This document shows positions 8,265-16,802 of a stretch of 64,000 nucleotides of DNA, piece after piece. How positions within the stretch are numbered: position 1 is the stretch's first letter; each line of letters begins with the position of its first letter. The stretch lies in contig QZKO01000018.1 in the NCBI GenBank assembly GCA_003599505.1, positions 26,280 to 90,279 on the forward strand, given 5' to 3'. The stretch is from Nitrospiraceae bacterium (GTDB lineage Bacteria; Nitrospirota; Thermodesulfovibrionia; UBA6902). Position numbers and translations under genes: made by a program. Below the pieces are notes generated by a model, which saw only the letters and a program-made list of their open reading frames with translations, made no database searches and was not told the DNA's origin.

Positions 8265-9173
8265 ATGAGCGCCACAAGAAAAATCCGGAAGGTCCTGAAG
8301 AGCAGGCGCACCATCGAAGGCGCCGGTGTACACCTAAGGAGGGCCTTCGGAAATAGTGAAGTCCCCATGTTTGATCCATTCCTGCTTCTTGATGATTTCC
8401 GCTCGGATGCCCCGGACCATTACATGAAGGGTTTCCCCTGGCATCCTCATCGCGGCATTGAGACAATAACATATATGTTAAGCGGAAAAGTGGAGCACGG
8501 CGACAGCATGGGTAACAAGGGAGTGATCACACCCGGCGACGTCCAGTGGATGACGGCAGGAAGCGGCATCATTCATCAGGAGATGCCGAAGGGCGATGAT
8601 GACGGAATCATGGGAGGATTTCAGCTATGGGCGAATCTGCCCTCGTCTCACAAAATGATGGAGCCCCGGTACAGGGACGTAAAAAACGCTCAGATTCCGG
8701 AGGTAACTCTTGAAAAGGGAAGCAGGATCAAAATCATATGCGGGAAGGTTGGAAACACTGAAGGCCCGGTCAGGGGCATTGTCATTGAACCGGAGTACCT
8801 CGACATCTCTGTTCCTCCCCGTTCGGAGTTGATTCATGCCGTTCGACCCGGGCACACGGTATTCGCATATGTGATTGAAGGCAGGGGATATTTCTGCCGG
8901 GAGAAAAACCCGTTCACTTATGAAGTCACGGGGGAGAACTATTTCGACATTGAGCGTGATCCTTTTATCGGGGACGGCACATTGGTACTTTTCGGTGGCG
9001 GCAATGAAATAATAGCCCAGACTGAGGATGAGCCCTTCAGATTCCTCCTTATTTCCGGAAAACCAATAGGCGAGCCTGTGGCATGGTATGGGCCGATTGT
9101 GATGAACACCCAGGAGGAGCTGCGAATCGCCTTTGAGGAGTACCGAAACGGTACGTTTATAAAGTACAAATAA
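8265..9173 (+). CDS. Pirin family protein
   Basis: DPFLLLDDF, GFPWHPHRGIETITY, QWMTAGSGIIHQE, QLWANLP, GPIVMNT. Confidence 0.95.
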   Translation: MSATRKIRKVLKSRRTIEGAGVHLRRAFGNSEVPMFDPFLLLDDFRSDAPDHYMKGFPWHPHRGIETITYMLSGKVEHGDSMGNKGVITPGDVQWMTAGSGIIHQEMPKGDDDGIMGGFQLWANLPSSHKMMEPRYRDVKNAQIPEVTLEKGSRIKIICGKVGNTEGPVRGIVIEPEYLDISVPPRSELIHAVRPGHTVFAYVIEGRGYFCREKNPFTYEVTGENYFDIERDPFIGDGTLVLFGGGNEIIAQTEDEPFRFLLISGKPIGEPVAWYGPIVMNTQEELRIAFEEYRNGTFIKYK

Positions 9174-9193
9174 AATTAATTAAGGAGAACATC

Positions 9194-9355
9194 ATGGCGA
9201 CAATGAAGGCAGTAAGAATACACTCCTTCGGCGAACCGGAAGTTCTTAGGATAGTTAGGGACACATCCCGAATTTCTCCAAAAAATATGGGATGTGTCCC
9301 CATATTTCCCCCATATTTCCCGCATATGGGATGTGTCCCCATATTTCCAAGATAA
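9194..9355 (+). pseudogene. N-terminal remnant of an NADPH:quinone reductase/MDR-family gene, truncated at a repeat
   Basis: SD AAGGAG; MATMKAVRIHSFGEPEVLR then sequence derived from the repeat. Confidence 0.7.
9258..9348. repeat. REP/MITE-like cluster
   Basis: GGGACACATCCC (9258-9269) inverted to GGGATGTGTCCC (9289-9300); 25-bp direct repeat ATATGGGATGTGTCCCCATATTTCC at 9285 and 9324. Confidence 0.85.
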
Positions 9356-9416
9356 ATCTTATTTTCTCCTATGCTATAATCGAAAAAACCGGGGGGGCGG
9401 ATTGTGAGATTCCGGA

Positions 9417-9944
9417 TTGAGATGTTGTAAGAAATTTATATCTGTAGTTTTTCTTTTCTTTCTCCTATCACTCTGCATATCCTTTCAAGCATACGCCAAA
9501 GATTCCAAAATCATCAGAGGCGCGGTAACGAAAGTCAGTGACGGAGACACTGTTACCATCAGGCCCTTCACCGGCAAGCTCTTCAAGTGCAGGTTATACG
9601 GCATCGATGCGCCAGAGGTCTCTCATAATGGCAAGCCGGGGCAACCTCATGGTCGGGCCGCTGAAAGGGAGCTTGGCAACCTTGTTCTTCATTCAACTGT
9701 TGATATTATTCTCACGGGAGATTCGTCATATGACAGGGAGATATGCATCCTCAAGAAAAATGGTCTTGAAATAAACCGCGAAATGGTGAAACGCGGTTAT
9801 GCCTGGGCGTACCTGCAGTATCTTAAACGCCCTTATGCATCAGAGTATATCGAGGCTGAAAATGAGGCACGAAAGATGCGTCGTGGATTATGGCAGGAGA
9901 CGAATCCGACACCGCCGTGGGAGTTCCGGAAACGTCATAAATAG
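9417..9944 (+). CDS. Secreted thermonuclease (SNase) family protein
   Basis: Signal peptide; VSDGDTV, RLYGIDAPE, GQPHG, GYAW, ARKMRRGLW, PWEFRK. Confidence 0.92.
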   Translation: MRCCKKFISVVFLFFLLSLCISFQAYAKDSKIIRGAVTKVSDGDTVTIRPFTGKLFKCRLYGIDAPEVSHNGKPGQPHGRAAERELGNLVLHSTVDIILTGDSSYDREICILKKNGLEINREMVKRGYAWAYLQYLKRPYASEYIEAENEARKMRRGLWQETNPTPPWEFRKRHK

Positions 9945-10091
9945 CGATCATGATTTAATATCTCCTACCGATTTAACCCTTGAAGAAATGCAGAAACCCT
10001 TTCAAGGATTTGTTAGGACACAAGACCTTGACCATGACCCTCAGATATTCTCACCTCGCACAGGCCCACAAAGTTGCGGAAGGCCCGGGGG

Positions 10092-10514
10092 TTATTTCCG
10101 TTTTATGGAAAAATTTTGTTTAGGGTAGGCGATTTCGAGGATAAATTGATCTAAAAAATTTTTTACTCCCAATAGAACAACTTGTAACCCGTCCGTAAAA
10201 TCAATCAGTGTATTAGGAATATGATACGCAACCGTTTTCAGGTCTTTTCCGAAAATATCAATTTCTGTTGTATGTGAATATGCGGTAGTTAATCCACCAG
10301 CCGTATTAATACCTTTTGGAGTCCCTTTGTTAAGATCATGTCCTAACTGGGAAGCAAAAAATGAAGGCATTGAGCATTCATCAGCGCCTGTATCAATCAA
10401 TCCATAAGTGAATATGTCTTTACCTTTATGAGGATTTACCACTTTAATCGGCAACCACGGGCGAGGCACATTATCAGGAGTGATACTTAAAAAAGGGAAG
10501 TTTCTTATGGGCAT
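10092..10514 (-). CDS. Single-domain retropepsin-like (clan AA) aspartyl protease
   Basis: GLIDTGAD catalytic motif, flap TAGG, C-terminal LLGVKNFL. Confidence 0.85.
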   Translation of the reverse strand: MPIRNFPFLSITPDNVPRPWLPIKVVNPHKGKDIFTYGLIDTGADECSMPSFFASQLGHDLNKGTPKGINTAGGLTTAYSHTTEIDIFGKDLKTVAYHIPNTLIDFTDGLQVVLLGVKNFLDQFILEIAYPKQNFSIKRK

Positions 10515-10705
10515 TAGTAGATATGCGCCATTCCCTTTAGTGGTACATAAAAGATGACGGGGTTTCTTGCTTTCTTTCTTGCGGCTTCAAGGACCTTTAT
10601 CGGATCTTTACCGGAACTTAGCACTTCATTGTTTTTAAAAGAACGCGTAGCAACATATTTACCGCCGTATTTGTTGCCGTCTTTCAATAACACTGATGTT
10701 TGCAT
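10514..10705 (-). CDS. Small DUF5678-like protein
   Basis: KYGGKYVA...EVLSSGKDP...VLEAARKK..NPVIFYVP; SD AAGGAGG; TAATG coupling to the protease. Confidence 0.75.
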   Translation of the reverse strand: MQTSVLLKDGNKYGGKYVATRSFKNNEVLSSGKDPIKVLEAARKKARNPVIFYVPLKGMAHIY

Positions 10706-10915
10706 ATTGTTCCTCTCCTCCTTTCTCACATATTACTCATCGGCATAATATGCAAGACCTTGAGATTTTAAAAATAGGGGAATTTGTCTTTATTGATATG
10801 ACATATATCATAATTATATATGACTGCCAATGGTTTTTACATCATATTGAAACCAATCATAATTTGTCAAGCAAGACTAAATCCGGCAGCCGTTCTTGGA
10901 TAGCGGATCGTCCAC

Positions 10916-11621
10916 TTATCTGTAATTTATTTTCCTTCTCAAATACCATCTGCCCGTCAACATCGCCGCGCCTGTAACAAAGAGAACGGAGCTTATCGGT
11001 TCGGGGACGACGGTAACATCGCCGGGATGCACTGCAAGAGCGTAGTAATTGATGCCCTTACTGCCACCCCACTGGACACCATCCGTGAAGCCGAAGTACA
11101 ATGCGCCGTCAGAATCAGACACGCCTGGACCCCACCCGAATCCAGTCATCGACCAGTACATAACATTAGTTCCAGTCCTTATATCTTGAAATGGCCCGTA
11201 ATTTAACATTCCCGAACCCGGCTGTGCAGAGTCGCAACCGAGCCCATTACCTGTTACCCATTTACATCTACCCAAATTATCAAGTTCTGTTATAGAATAA
11301 ATGTCCCATCTCGCTACTTGTTATATTGTAGCCAGCTTGCTCAGGCCATGGGGCATACACACTTGATGGTAATCTCCAATTGTCATAAACAGTACTGTTG
11401 AAATTCACTGTCAAGGCTGCTGCCCAGTCCATCTGATTGTACCAGGTATCAGGTGAATTCGAATAATCGTACCACGTGATATTAAGATCGTCATCATAGA
11501 TAAGCTGATTGCCGAGACTATCTGATCCACGGTTGAATAATTCGGCATGACCGGTATTAATAAGAAACAATACTGCCCAAAAAACTATGATGCAGAAACC
11601 TCTTTTCATTCCCTTTTCCAT
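10916..11621 (-). pseudogene. PEP-CTERM surface protein (DUF1566/Lcl-like) with a 1-nt frameshift near 11290
   Basis: Signal peptide, LIYDDDLNITW, WRLP, SEMGHLFY; removing one A restores HLFYTELDNLG and joins to YWS...ALAVHPGDV.VVPEP-TM-RRK. Confidence 0.85.
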
Positions 11622-11759
11622 TTTCCATTACCCTTTAAAAACAACTATTGCGTATGAAGTTATGTGAATGAGAATAACGCCCGAACCGGAATAATTAATT
11701 ATTTCTGAAACGACAGATAGTAGTCAATGAAAATATAGGGGCCATAAAAATAATTAATA

Positions 11760-11829
11760 GGGACACTGACCCATGAGGGGACATGGCTGAAGTTGAAAGG
11801 TAGGCTTTCAAAATCAAGGTCAGCGTCCC
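11760..11829. repeat. Short inverted repeat related to the 9258 element
   Basis: GGGACACTGACC ... GGTCAGCGTCCC (11/12 complementary). Confidence 0.6.
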
Positions 11830-11897
11830 AAAGATTTAGTATACCATAACCGGCCTAATCGGCCGGACATTAATTAACGCTAATTTTGATTTGTATA

Positions 11898-11934
11898 TTG
11901 ACATAATAACTACATTAGTGTAATCTTAATTATG
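11898..11934 (+). promoter_or_regulatory. Promoter with nested dyad symmetry (candidate autoregulatory operator)
   Basis: TTGACA-N17-TAATCT; CATAAT...TACA ttag TGTA...ATTATG. Confidence 0.45.
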
Positions 11935-11959
11935 ATAATTGATTATTAAAAGGAGAAAT

Positions 11960-12592
11960 ATGAACTTTAACAGTAAGACCGTATCAAAAATTACAGGCTT
12001 AAGTTTCAGACAGGTTGATTACTGGGACAGGACTCATTTTATAAAACCCTCCGTAAGCGAGGCTTCAGGCTATGGCTCTGTAAGGCTCTACTCTTTCAAT
12101 GATCTGATTCAATTGAGAGTTGCAAGGACCCTTATGGATAAGGGAGTAAGCCTACAGAAAATCAGAAAGTCTTTAACATATCTCAAGAAGCATATACCCG
12201 AAATAGAAAAGCCTCTTTCGGAATTGAAATTCCTGACAGACGGAGAAACGATCTTCATTATTACAAAAAACCAGAAGGAAATTATTGATACCTTAAAAAG
12301 CGGGCAGCTTGTCTTCTCAATCGCAATCGGAGAGATCGTAGAAAACCTTAAAGGAGAGGTTGTAGCTTTTCAGCAAAATAAGAAATACTCTGTTACCGTA
12401 AAAGGCAAAAAGTATGAAGTTGTTTTGCATCCCGACACAGAAGACGGCGGATTCTGGATAGACTGCCCTTCTCTTCCCGGGTGTGCTTCTCAAGGTGAGA
12501 CGATTGAAGAAGCGCTTGAGATGATAAAGGATTCTATAGAGGGACATCTTGAGGTTGCAGAGAAAAAGAAAAAGGTTAAAAAGGCTTCATGA
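11960..12592 (+). CDS. MerR-family HTH fused to a C-terminal HicB antitoxin domain
   Basis: N-term ITGLSFRQVDYWD...GSVRLYSFNDL...GVSLQKIR; C-term DGGFWIDCPSLPGCASQGETIEEALEMIKDSI; SD AGGAG. Confidence 0.88.
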   Translation: MNFNSKTVSKITGLSFRQVDYWDRTHFIKPSVSEASGYGSVRLYSFNDLIQLRVARTLMDKGVSLQKIRKSLTYLKKHIPEIEKPLSELKFLTDGETIFIITKNQKEIIDTLKSGQLVFSIAIGEIVENLKGEVVAFQQNKKYSVTVKGKKYEVVLHPDTEDGGFWIDCPSLPGCASQGETIEEALEMIKDSIEGHLEVAEKKKKVKKAS

Positions 12593-12819
12593 GCAGCCTT
12601 CATAATCTGAAACCTCAGAGAGTAATAAAGGCATTTGAAAGGGCGGGTTGGGAGGTGGCAACACAAAGAGGCAGTCATGTGAAGCTGACAAAAGAGGGAA
12701 GCCAGTATATCTTGTCAATCCCGATGCACAAAGGAAAGCCGATAAAGCAGGGATTGTTAAGAGACCAGATCAAAAAAGCCGGGCTGACAGTGGAAGAATT
12801 TTTGAAGTTGTATTTGTAA
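12589..12819 (+). CDS. hicA: HicA-family mRNA interferase toxin
   Basis: GWEVATQRGSHVKL, IPMHKGKPIKQGLLRDQIKKAGLTVEEF; ATGA overlap. Confidence 0.93.
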   Translation: MSSLHNLKPQRVIKAFERAGWEVATQRGSHVKLTKEGSQYILSIPMHKGKPIKQGLLRDQIKKAGLTVEEFLKLYL

Positions 12820-12839
12820 CAGGTGACCGGAGGGAAATA

Positions 12840-13022
12840 ATGGAAAAGAAAAAGAAGACGACAATTGAAGAAGGAGTATTGGAATATCCGATTAGTCTTT
12901 CTTTGAAATGTCCTTCTTGTGACTGGGAGTGGAGCGATTCCATTTATTATGTACCAGCTTCTATTTCGACACAATGTCCAAGATGTTTTCATAAGCCAAT
13001 TTATTTAATTAGTCTCTGTTAA
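12840..13022 (+). CDS. Small zinc-ribbon-like protein (60 aa)
   Basis: SD GGAGG, ATG 12840; CPSC and CPRC. Confidence 0.55.
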   Translation: MEKKKKTTIEEGVLEYPISLSLKCPSCDWEWSDSIYYVPASISTQCPRCFHKPIYLISLC

Positions 13023-13091
13023 GAGAGCAGTAGCAAAAAGAAAATACGAGTTAAAAATATACTGCTTCACATTTTACTTCACACTTAGCAC

Positions 13092-13121
13092 AAAAGGAGC
13101 TAACCGTTGCCGGTTAACTCC
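13092..13121 (-). terminator. Intrinsic terminator after tRNA-Val
   Basis: GGAGTTAACCG-GCAA-CGGTTAGCTCC-TTTT. Confidence 0.75.
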
Positions 13122-13132
13122 CTGATTTTTAA

Positions 13133-13207
13133 TGGTAGGCACGAGGGGTATTGAACCCCTGACCTCTTCCGTGTCAAGGAAGCGCTCTCCCACTGAGCTA
13201 CGCGCCT
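13133..13207 (-). tRNA. tRNA-Val(GAC)
   Basis: AGGCGCGTAGCTCAGTGGGAGAGCGCTTCCTTGACACGGAAGAGGTCAGGGGTTCAATACCCCTCGTGCCTACCA; cloverleaf, anticodon GAC, encoded CCA. Confidence 0.97.
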
Positions 13208-13275
13208 TCAAGTTGTATAAGATAACATTTTTACAATCCTTAAAGTCAACATCACGCGGCCGGCTTTCCGGCAGT

Positions 13276-14481
13276 TTATTTCGCCGCGAGAATCGTCTCT
13301 ACAGTCTGGCCGGCGATCTCAAGCTCTTCATTTGTCGGAATAACAAGAATTCTTACTTTCGCGTCAGCTTTATTTATTTCATGGGCCGCCCCGGAAGATG
13401 AGGCATTCTTCTGCTCATCGATTTTGATTCCAAAAGCTTCAAGACCTTCACAGCACCTGGCCCTTATAAGCCCCGCGTTTTCTCCGATCCCCCCTGTAAA
13501 TACTATGGCATCAGTTCTGCCGAGGACTGCATGGTACGCGCCTATGTATTTCTTTATGCGGTAACAGAACATATCAATAGCCAGCTTGGCCAGGTCGTCT
13601 TTCCCGGAATTGCTGATGATTTCCCTCATGTCATTCGCTCCGCAGATGCCTTTAAGCCCGCTCTCCTTATTGAGCATTCTTTCAATATCATTAATCGACA
13701 GACCGCTTCTCTCCGCGATATAAAACGGCAGGGAGGGGTCGATATCTCCGCACCGGGTGCCCATGATGAGTCCTTCAAGCGGCGTCATTCCCATGGAAGT
13801 ATCTATGCTCCTGCCTCCCCTGACAGCCGCTGCGCTGACGCCGTTGCCGATGTGAAGTGTAATCAGGTTAATCTCTTCCGGGGGTCTTCCAAGATAAGCG
13901 GCCGCCTGTTTTGAAACAAACTGATGTGAAGTGCCGTGAAACCCGTAACGCCGGACGTGGTAATTCTTATAGAGCTCATAAGGGACCGCATAGTGGAACG
14001 CATGCGGAGGCATGGTTTGATGAAATGCCGTGTCAAACACAGCGACCTGCGGGACATCCGGGTAGTTTTTCACGGCGGCTTCAATGGCGACGAGATTTGC
14101 GGGATTATGCAGCGGGGCAAGGGGGGCCATTTCCCTTATGGTTTCAATTACCTTATCATTGATGACAGCCGGCTTTTGAAAAACCTCGCCTCCATGCACA
14201 ACCCGGTGGCCTATGCCGAACAGCTCCTCCAATTGCCGCGTCAAACCTGTATCTTCCGACACACAGGTAATCCACTGAAGGCCCTCACTGTGGTCATCAA
14301 TCTTTCGCGTCAGGGAAATTTCTTCATACTCACCGTCAGCCTTCATCCACCTGTGTTTCAGGCTGCTGACGGGTTCTCCGATGCGATCAATAACGCCCGA
14401 GGCAAGCACGCTTTTATCCGACATATTGAAGATTTTGTACTTGATGGACGAGCTGCCTGAATTTATTACAAGGACGTTCAT
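13276..14481 (-). CDS. ackA: Acetate kinase
   Basis: INSGSSSIK, GHRVVHGG, APLHNP, RRYGFHGTSH, TSMGMTPLEG, PTNEE. Confidence 0.97.
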   Translation of the reverse strand: MNVLVINSGSSSIKYKIFNMSDKSVLASGVIDRIGEPVSSLKHRWMKADGEYEEISLTRKIDDHSEGLQWITCVSEDTGLTRQLEELFGIGHRVVHGGEVFQKPAVINDKVIETIREMAPLAPLHNPANLVAIEAAVKNYPDVPQVAVFDTAFHQTMPPHAFHYAVPYELYKNYHVRRYGFHGTSHQFVSKQAAAYLGRPPEEINLITLHIGNGVSAAAVRGGRSIDTSMGMTPLEGLIMGTRCGDIDPSLPFYIAERSGLSINDIERMLNKESGLKGICGANDMREIISNSGKDDLAKLAIDMFCYRIKKYIGAYHAVLGRTDAIVFTGGIGENAGLIRARCCEGLEAFGIKIDEQKNASSSGAAHEINKADAKVRILVIPTNEELEIAGQTVETILAAK

Positions 14482-14500
14482 AAAAAAAGGGTTCAAGGGG

Positions 14501-16627
14501 TCAAGGGTCCGAGGGTCCAGGGGTCAGCGGGACCGTGGGTTTGAGGGCCTGCGCCTGGATCGCCGTAATGGCGACTGTGTTGACAATATCAGGCACTGTG
14601 CATCCCCTGCTCAGGTCATTCACCGGTTTTTTCAGCCCCTGCATCACGGGGCCGATTGCAACGGCATTTGCAGACCGCTGAACTGCCTTATATGTATTAT
14701 TGCCTGTATTGAGGTCAGGAAAAATAAAGACCGTGGTATTGCCGGCAACTTCGCTGCCCGGCATTTTTGCCTTTGCGACGCTTGCGTCAACGGCTGCGTC
14801 ATACTGGATCGGCCCCTCAACTTTCAGATCGGGTCTCAGCCTCCTTACTATTCCTGTTGCCTCCCTGACCCGGTCCACGTCCTCACCTTTCCCGGATTCT
14901 CCCGTAGAGTAGGACAGCATGGCAATATACGGCTCGATAGAAAACATTCCCGCTGTTTCCGCGGAGCTGATAGCGATGTCCGCCAACTGTTGTGCCGACG
15001 GTTTGGGATTTACCGCGCAGTCGCCGAAAACAAAAACGCGGTCCGCGAGGCACATGAAGAAGACGCTCGAGACGATGGAGCATCCCGGTTTTGTCCTGAT
15101 TATTTCAAAGGCGGGACGGACGACGTGCTGAGTAGTATGCGCAGCGCCCGACACCATGCCGTCGGCAAGTCCCCGGTGCACCATCACGGTCCCGAAATAG
15201 TTTACGTCCGCCATGACGTCATATGCCATCTGGTATGAAATGCCTTTATGCTTTCTTGATTCATAATATGTATCCGCGAAGGCGGTACGGAGCTCCGAGT
15301 TCGCCGGATCGATGATACGGACATGGTCCATTGAAAGGCCGAGGTCCGTAATTTTTCCGGCGACTTCATCAGGGTCTCCAAGCAGGGTAATGTCCGCCAC
15401 GCCCCGGAGGAGAAGGATTTCGCATGCCTTGAGTATCCGTTCATCCGTCCCTTCAGGCAGCACGATGTGTTTGCGTTCTTTCTTCGCTCGTTGAATCAGT
15501 TCATATTCAAACATCAGCGGCGTGACACGGCCGGAAGGGGTCACGGCGATCCGGCGCTCCAGTTCTCCGAAATTGATATTCGCCTCCATCAGGCCGAGGG
15601 CCGCTGAAGTCTTCCTTTTGTTTTCAGGCGCCATAGTCCCTTCAATGGCGTTTACGTTCATCGCGGTCGTAAATGTATCGGTCTGCACCGAAAGTATGGG
15701 CACAAGAGACCCTCTGAGCCCTGAAAGCAGGCTGACTATCTGGCTTGCTGGCTTAAGGTCGCCGGTAAGGAGAATGCCGGCGATTTGCGGGTAGGCCCTT
15801 GAAGCATCAGCGAGCAGAGAGCCGATGATGATATCGGAACGGTCGCCGGGCGTTATGATGAGACTTCTGTCCTCCACATGATCAAGGAAGTTCGGCAATT
15901 CCATTGCGGCAACTTTATAATTTCTGATTTCCCTGTCAAGGCTCTCAATGTCGCCGCTGATCACCTCTGCCTTCAGAAGTCTCGCTATTTCTCCGACAGT
16001 CGGCTTGTTTAAAAGGGGGTGGTCAGGAAGCACATAGACAGGGAAGGCGTCCGTAAATTCCTGCTTCAACGCGGTTTCGGCTTTATTATGTTCTTCACCT
16101 GCCACCCGGTTGACGACAACAGCAAGCAGTTCTCCGTTTTTGTCTCTTACGGAATTTTTCAGCACTCTCACCGCTTCAACTATGTCCCTTACGCTCCTGC
16201 CGTTTCCTTTTACTACCGGGACAAGGGGTATGCCGAGATGGTTCGCCATCTCAATATTGAATTCAAACTCGAAGGCGTTTGCCATGGCAGTATAATCGGT
16301 CCCGGCGCAGATAATAAAGTCGCAGCGGCTCTCAAGTTTTTTATATTTCTCGAGGATAAGGCTGTAGAGGTCATTAATACGCCCGTTCGCGATGAACTTC
16401 CGGACCTCCTCGAAGGCGCAGCCGTACATTTCGTCTGCGGCCCCTTCAAGGGCGTACCGTGTTGATAATAACCTGATAAGGCTGTCTCCGTTTTCTCCCG
16501 GATAAATCACGGGCCTGAAAAAACCGGTTTTCCGTCCATGACCGGAAAGCATTTCCATCATCCCAAGCACGACTACAGACTTTCCGCTTCCGGGCACGGT
16601 CCCTGTTATGTATAACCCCTTCGGCAT
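14501..16627 (-). CDS. pta: Phosphate acetyltransferase, long form (AAA_26/DRTGG plus PTA)
   Basis: ITPGDRSD, IVLPEG, GDCAVN, FPDLNTGNNTYKAVQR, NDLSRG. Confidence 0.96.
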   Translation of the reverse strand: MPKGLYITGTVPGSGKSVVVLGMMEMLSGHGRKTGFFRPVIYPGENGDSLIRLLSTRYALEGAADEMYGCAFEEVRKFIANGRINDLYSLILEKYKKLESRCDFIICAGTDYTAMANAFEFEFNIEMANHLGIPLVPVVKGNGRSVRDIVEAVRVLKNSVRDKNGELLAVVVNRVAGEEHNKAETALKQEFTDAFPVYVLPDHPLLNKPTVGEIARLLKAEVISGDIESLDREIRNYKVAAMELPNFLDHVEDRSLIITPGDRSDIIIGSLLADASRAYPQIAGILLTGDLKPASQIVSLLSGLRGSLVPILSVQTDTFTTAMNVNAIEGTMAPENKRKTSAALGLMEANINFGELERRIAVTPSGRVTPLMFEYELIQRAKKERKHIVLPEGTDERILKACEILLLRGVADITLLGDPDEVAGKITDLGLSMDHVRIIDPANSELRTAFADTYYESRKHKGISYQMAYDVMADVNYFGTVMVHRGLADGMVSGAAHTTQHVVRPAFEIIRTKPGCSIVSSVFFMCLADRVFVFGDCAVNPKPSAQQLADIAISSAETAGMFSIEPYIAMLSYSTGESGKGEDVDRVREATGIVRRLRPDLKVEGPIQYDAAVDASVAKAKMPGSEVAGNTTVFIFPDLNTGNNTYKAVQRSANAVAIGPVMQGLKKPVNDLSRGCTVPDIVNTVAITAIQAQALKPTVPLTPGPSDP

Positions 16628-16802
16628 TCAGCTCCTCTCAATTCCTTATTGGCCGGTCAGCTCCGAATACGGCCATGTCATATTATTCACCTGTTCTACT
16701 CAAGTTTCGGCTTCTTTACGAAAGAAGTTAAGTTTGTTGCAACGTATGACGATATAACCCTAAGGAGTTTATATATAAAATCTTACCATTAAGGATACAA
16801 CT

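Larger units (their letters stand above)
2194..13177. mobile_element. Decayed tRNA-Val-anchored genomic island (no integrase seen)
   Basis: Flanked by tRNA-Val and its partial repeat; mosaic composition; TA module, gene fragments, frameshifted gene and short inverted repeats inside. Confidence 0.6.

Noticed and set aside
9285-9348. 25-bp direct repeat as a mini-CRISPR
   Set aside because: Two copies only, a 14-nt spacer that is itself repeat-derived, and no cas genes.
9250-11880. Integron attC cassette array
   Set aside because: GTTAGG ends occur but I could not pair RYYYAAC/GTTRRRY boxes; genes are in mixed orientation and there is no intI.
12648-13401. ORFs 12648-13022 (long form) and 13132-13401
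   Set aside because: The first overlaps hicA and is better started at 12840; the second is antisense to tRNA-Val.
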